Assembly: GCA_963790025.1 (NCBI GenBank)
Contig: CAWBMP010000002.1
Location: 32,001-96,000 of the forward strand
Direction: 5' to 3'
Origin: Nitrospirota bacterium
GTDB lineage: Bacteria; Nitrospirota; Thermodesulfovibrionia; Thermodesulfovibrionales; Dissulfurispiraceae
DNA length: 64,000 nt
Positions within the stretch are counted from its first letter, which is position 1. The number at the start of each line of letters is the position of its first letter. The notes below the pieces were generated by a model. It saw only the letters and a list, made by a program, of their open reading frames with translations, did not search any database and was not told the DNA's origin. Shown here in pieces: positions 59,880 through 64,000 of the stretch. The position numbers were made by a program, and so were the translations under genes.

Positions 59880-60224
59880 CTACTCGGACTGTTCTTTCAC
59901 CTTCTTATCCACTGTCTCAAGGTATTCAGAAAATTCCTGCGCTGATGCCCCCTGCAGTCTCCTGAACATCTCCTCAATAGCCACTCCGTTCCTGACGGCG
60001 TAATACAGATTTTTCCTAAGCCCCCTATCCAGCGCCATATCCCTTAACTCCTGAACTCCCTCCATTATCTGCCGTAGCCCGTGAATCACTTCTCTTTCCG
60101 GCACCCCTTGCCTGATGAGTTCCCTTACCATATCCGCAATTGTCATTCTCCTGTTGATGGCAATTTCATCCAAGCGCTCGTATTGATCCTCCGTCAGCCT
60201 TATACTTACCACTTTCGTTCGCAT
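59880..60224 (-). CDS. ribbon-helix-helix relaxosome accessory-like protein (TrwA/MobC-like)
   Basis: MRTKVVSIRLTEDQYERLDEIA...IADMVRELI; AAGGAGG RBS; adjacent to oriT-like site. Confidence 0.75.
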   Translation of the reverse strand: MRTKVVSIRLTEDQYERLDEIAINRRMTIADMVRELIRQGVPEREVIHGLRQIMEGVQELRDMALDRGLRKNLYYAVRNGVAIEEMFRRLQGASAQEFSEYLETVDKKVKEQSE

Positions 60225-60404
60225 GCTCTGCCTCCTTTTTATGGGGCATGAATGCGAGGGCATGGCTGATTTTTGTAATCGGACGCAATCGCCGAAAGGA
60301 TGAATCATCTTTTCGGCGCGGCTGCCGGTGGCGATTACAGAAGGTGGCAGGCGGGCAGTGCCGGGAGTGGCAAGGGAAGTTGCGTTGGGTGTGAATGGTA
60401 CCAG
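60225..60404. other. putative oriT, copy in element C
   Basis: TTGCGTTGGGTGTG at 60380-60393 with a GCAA/TTGC hairpin; conserved with 36807-36986. Confidence 0.65.
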
Positions 60405-60774
60405 AGGTCTCAACCGTGGTGAACAATACCCAACGCTCTGATTGTATTTTGTCGGCTATACCGACACATTTCGGGAACAGGTCCAACATTGCCAGAACCT
60501 AAAAATTATGTGAATTGAAAAATCCAATAAATACAGAGCTGTTCTGTTTTACATATATTGATATTATCAGACGTTCGCCTTTGACGACTCCCGTGCCGGG
60601 ACACAAAATCCTGTCCTGAACCGGCATAGTAGGATTATTGTCACTTTGCCACGTTTGAACAAGCAGGAAAGTTCTATAATTCCAGCTTTACTTCTTCATC
60701 TGGCCTCCATGTATCGGCAGCCCCTTAAAGGAAACGCCCGGTTCGCATTCACCCATTACAAAGGAGAAATGACG

Positions 60775-61167
60775 ATGAAGAAAAAGATAAGGTTGACATT
60801 CAATGATAGTAACGACTTCGATGCTGTAATTATGAGCGCTCTATTACCGGGTAGTCTGCGCAGTACTACTATCAAGAGGCTAATGTATGATGCCATTATT
60901 GGCCCCCGGCGAGCCCCCGAAAGGACTCCAGCGAGGCTCCAAAGAGATACTGAAAAGCCCCATTATGAGACATCAGAGCGGCCCCGCCGAGACACTGAAC
61001 AGCCCCAGGGGAAACACACTTCTCTAGATACCAAGAAGAGCACTCTGTCGAGCGTCATGGGGGATTTCCTTGAAGATGAGCCCCTAACACCTCAAGCCGG
61101 GCAACGATTTACAAGCGAAGAGGACAGGAGAATCAATGAGAAATTGAAAAGACTGTCGATAATTTGA
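60775..61167 (+). CDS. hypothetical backbone protein (possible RHH N-terminus, disordered middle)
   Basis: AAGGAG RBS; MKKKIRLTF...; divergent from the RHH gene across oriT. Confidence 0.6.
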   Translation: MKKKIRLTFNDSNDFDAVIMSALLPGSLRSTTIKRLMYDAIIGPRRAPERTPARLQRDTEKPHYETSERPRRDTEQPQGKHTSLDTKKSTLSSVMGDFLEDEPLTPQAGQRFTSEEDRRINEKLKRLSII

Positions 61168-61238
61168 AATGTTGACCCACACACAGAAGACCTCGCAAAC
61201 GTCGGGCATGATCAGCAACCTATGAGGCACAAGCCGCG

Positions 61239-62027
61239 CTATGAGTGACGATACCATTTGAGAAGCACCTCCGGCTGTAAATATTCTTTATCAGGAGAAG
61301 GGGTGAGAGTATGCGCCCAAACCATGTCCAGACCAATATTGCTTTCAGAAAACAGATTCGGTGGTGGTGGAATATCAGCACCATGCAAATAATCAAGCAG
61401 TAATAGCGGAATAACAGATTGCTCAGATTTCAGAAAACATAATAATATTCCAGTTGAAGCACCTTGCAAAGAACCCGAGAGAACGGCCTTCTTGAATTTA
61501 TCAGTATACTTTTTGATTGCCCGATTAGCTAAGGCGGAAATAATTGCTTCTCTTGATCGATGTATATGATGCAATTCCACATTAACAATATCGAGCCAGA
61601 ATTCTTTCTCTTTGATAATCAAAACAACATCAGCATCTTTTGAGTTAGTGCCGGTCTCAAAGGGCATTTCCATTTTAACTTGCTGGCCACCATTAATAAA
61701 GTGAATAGCCCAAGCTGCCTCGGCAACAGTATCCAAGAATATACTCGGTGTTTTTCTAAATAGGTTTTGGCTGACCAGCTTTTGCCATACCTTTATCTGC
61801 GCCAGTTTATTACACTGAAGTCGTCTAATAAGTTCATCTATAGTCGCCAAGTAATGATAATAGTCTACACGCCAGCGGGGATAATCGTCGCGCGCCATTT
61901 GGCAGCAATCGCAAAGACGCAATAACTTGTCTGTTTGAGGACAAGCGGATAGGGCAAGTTGTTCTAATGTAGCCCCTTGACTTTGAGCCAAAGATGAAAG
62001 AGCAGGATATTGAAAGTCAATGTTCAT
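61239..62027 (-). CDS. hypothetical protein, possible degenerate PD-(D/E)xK fold
   Basis: AEAAWA...KDADVVL...FWLDIV. Confidence 0.6.
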   Translation of the reverse strand: MNIDFQYPALSSLAQSQGATLEQLALSACPQTDKLLRLCDCCQMARDDYPRWRVDYYHYLATIDELIRRLQCNKLAQIKVWQKLVSQNLFRKTPSIFLDTVAEAAWAIHFINGGQQVKMEMPFETGTNSKDADVVLIIKEKEFWLDIVNVELHHIHRSREAIISALANRAIKKYTDKFKKAVLSGSLQGASTGILLCFLKSEQSVIPLLLLDYLHGADIPPPPNLFSESNIGLDMVWAHTLTPSPDKEYLQPEVLLKWYRHS

Positions 62028-62058
62028 ATACGGCTATCACCTGAAGCAAAGGAACGAG

Positions 62059-62084
62059 TTACGAGCTAAGAGGACAAGAGAATC
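62059..62084 (+). repeat. 26-bp copy of the 3' region of gene 60775-61167
   Basis: TTACGAGCTAAGAGGACAAGAGAATC versus 63079-63104 (1 mismatch) and 61109-61134. Confidence 0.8.
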
Positions 62085-62101
62085 CTTGACCTTGCCTCTT
62101 A

Positions 62102-62857
62102 TTATTTTTCTGCTGGACCAAAATCCTTATCCATTCTGGCCAATGCTAGAAATGCTTGTGAAATAGATTCTATTTCTTTTTCGGCCAGCTTCTTCCCTTT
62201 CTTATTCTCAACAATGTAATCGTAGAGCTGCTCATCCTTGACGCAATGAATATAGCCGGTCGTACCCCATCTTGCCTCCACGTAAGCTGAAGGAAAGGCA
62301 AAAACGCCTTGGACATAGGGGTCCAGAGGAGAGAGAACTTTTATTTTTTCCTTGATACTCATTATTCTACGTGTGAGATTTTTGATTTCTGTTTTCTGAG
62401 TCGGATTTCCATTTAACAAAAGCTCCCCATTGCCGTCAGCGGCTACAACTCCCTTCCAATTCTTTGCATCAATGACGTAAGCCCCGGTGGGGCCGATAAC
62501 CACATGGTCGATGTTTCCGAAAGGAGTCGTCAGATCATGGATAACCCTGTAGTCGTCCGGAAACCCTTCGAGGACGTAGCCGATAACTGCCTCGCCAACT
62601 GCCCCTTTCCGGAAGTTGATCCTCTCGATTTCCAATGCCTTAAGTTTCTTGTTCGTCCATCTCATAATCAGTGGAATAGCTATAACGAAAATGACTATTA
62701 GGATGAGCGCAAATGAGACTTTTCGACCGCCAAATAAACAACCGTCGATAAACGCTAAGCCCCAGAAAACTAAGAAGATTACAAGAAACTGCCTTTGAAA
62801 CTTTTTTATAGACTGTTCCGTTACATACCGCGCTGTCTCACCTAACACTTTCGCCAC
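62102..62857 (-). CDS. membrane-anchored NERD domain protein
   Basis: two TM helices; GAVGE, HDL, NIDHVVIGPTGAYVIDAKNW. Confidence 0.85.
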   Translation of the reverse strand: MAKVLGETARYVTEQSIKKFQRQFLVIFLVFWGLAFIDGCLFGGRKVSFALILIVIFVIAIPLIMRWTNKKLKALEIERINFRKGAVGEAVIGYVLEGFPDDYRVIHDLTTPFGNIDHVVIGPTGAYVIDAKNWKGVVAADGNGELLLNGNPTQKTEIKNLTRRIMSIKEKIKVLSPLDPYVQGVFAFPSAYVEARWGTTGYIHCVKDEQLYDYIVENKKGKKLAEKEIESISQAFLALARMDKDFGPAEK

Positions 62858-63042
62858 GAGCTATTCTCCAATTTGTTTATGGCAGGCTGTCTGACTTGCC
62901 ACGAATCATTGTACCACACTTAGAGAAGCCAATAATGCTCAAAAGAATCATTGGGAACCTGCAAATTACCGCTGCTATTGATACATCCAACCCGGCACCA
63001 CAAACAGCTTCCCATACTTCAGCACGCTATGAAAAAGCCATT

Positions 63043-63137
63043 GAGAATAAGCCCCTGCCACCTCAAACTGGCAACGCTTTACGAGCGAAGAGGACAAGAG
63101 AATCAATGAGAAATTGAAGAGGCTGTCGCTAATATAA
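63043..63137 (+). repeat. ~95-bp copy of the 3' end of gene 60775-61167
   Basis: encodes FTSEEDKRINEKLKRLSLI* versus FTSEEDRRINEKLKRLSII*. Confidence 0.85.
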
Positions 63138-63148
63138 CATGACAACTT

Positions 63149-63838
63149 CTAGCAATATTCCTTGATCTTCTTCTTACAGTAAGAGACTATTACACAGTCG
63201 TCACACTCTGGGGAGAGCGCAGTGCATATCTTGCGACCGTGTGAAACCATATTCACGTGTAAAGGGAAGCGCAAAGCTGGAGGAATAAGGTCCTGTAAAT
63301 AGTCCATGGCCATGTCGGAAACACGACTAGCATTGCAGCGATTGCCGTTCCACCCTAATCTGCCGGCAATTCTCCAGCAGTGGGAGTCAACCGGGAAAAC
63401 TTGTCGGTCAAGCGAATAAAGCATCACACAGCGGGCAACTTTACTCCCGACGCCTGGGAGACTAGTGAGAAATCTTTCGCATTCCTCGTCTGACATTTTT
63501 TTGAGCGGGGCTAATGTAGGCCTGCCGAAATTCTTTATCAGACATTGAACAATCGCCTTAGCAGAACCCGCTTTCCGATTTTGCAAGCCGCCCCAGGAGA
63601 CGACTTTGCTTAGCTCTTGAACTGAAGTGGTAGCAAGGAGTTCATATCTTGGAAAGTTTTGCTTCAGGGATTTGAAGGCTTTGAAGTAAACCTTCTCGCT
63701 CCTCTTTATGCTACAAAGAATAAAGAACAGCTCATCCAAAGGATTTCGTTTATTGCGGTGTGAAAAATTATTATACTGACTGCTGAGACGCCGGGTAATT
63801 TCGTAAATATTTGTAGCTAATGCTTTTTTCGTCTTCAC
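63149..63838 (-). CDS. endonuclease III-like HhH-GPD DNA glycosylase with Fe-S cluster
   Basis: LPGVGSKVA, FPVDSH, C-x6-C-x2-C-x5-C. Confidence 0.88.
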   Translation of the reverse strand: MKTKKALATNIYEITRRLSSQYNNFSHRNKRNPLDELFFILCSIKRSEKVYFKAFKSLKQNFPRYELLATTSVQELSKVVSWGGLQNRKAGSAKAIVQCLIKNFGRPTLAPLKKMSDEECERFLTSLPGVGSKVARCVMLYSLDRQVFPVDSHCWRIAGRLGWNGNRCNASRVSDMAMDYLQDLIPPALRFPLHVNMVSHGRKICTALSPECDDCVIVSYCKKKIKEYC

Positions 63839-64000
63839 TCAGTTCTATTCGCTATCCATTTTAACTAGCACTGTGCTTGCGTAGGCACGGATGTGGTGAA
63901 ATGCGGCCCTGAAAAGGCAGTCTTTCCATCATATTCAATTAAATCGAGGTTAGGCTGTTGTGATAGAGTGGATGACGTACCTCTTGAATTGTTGAGAGAA

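Larger units (their letters stand above)
44898..64000. mobile_element. integrative element C (runs off the window); defence-like cargo
   Basis: att core, intact integrase, T4CP, RHH gene and oriT; right boundary not in the window. Confidence 0.75.

Noticed and set aside
59880..60413. 177-aa version of the RHH ORF, and the 60646 start of the divergent gene
   Set aside because: The RHH extension runs through the oriT region. Strong RBSs support starts at 60224 and 60775.
62896..63117. 73-aa ORF as a real gene
   Set aside because: It overlaps the repeated gene-end fragment out of frame and is best read as a remnant.
63839..64000. Partial gene (e.g. a DNA methyltransferase partner) upstream of the EndoIII-like gene
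   Set aside because: Too little sequence; no reading frame gives a recognisable motif.

Overview
The window is 64 kb of bacterial DNA whose gene content suggests an anaerobic Desulfobacterota or Nitrospirota-like host (inference). Roughly the first 3 kb is housekeeping sequence: galE, a DHH phosphoesterase and a sigma28-driven orphan gene. From about 5990 to the right edge lies a tandem array of at least three related integrative elements, delimited by three copies of a tRNA-Ser 3'-end core (minus-strand TTCGAATCTCACCCCCTCCG at 5992, 39689 and 44898) flanked by paired GGAGAC arm repeats and IHF-consensus sites. The elements share one backbone order: att, cargo, tyrosine integrase, TrwB/TraD-like coupling protein, cargo, RHH (TrwA-like) gene, F-like oriT, cargo. 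No relaxase is visible. Element A (~6.0-39.7 kb) is decayed. It carries an IS110 with a predicted bridge RNA, a Crp/Fnr-DUF2892 cluster, a sigma54 operon (two Mla sets, an RND-TolC fusion, glgP), a kinase lacking its phospho-His, a DAC protein, parA plus a partner gene, and BrnTA. Element B (~39.7-44.9 kb) is a 5 kb remnant. Element C (44.9 kb to beyond the window) has the intact integrase and many nucleases, two HhH glycosylases, a HEPN-like protein and an SMC-like ATPase, so it is a probable defence island. Its right end has cargo genes separated by repeated copies of a backbone gene's 3' end. All calls come from reading the sequence by eye; no database searches were run.
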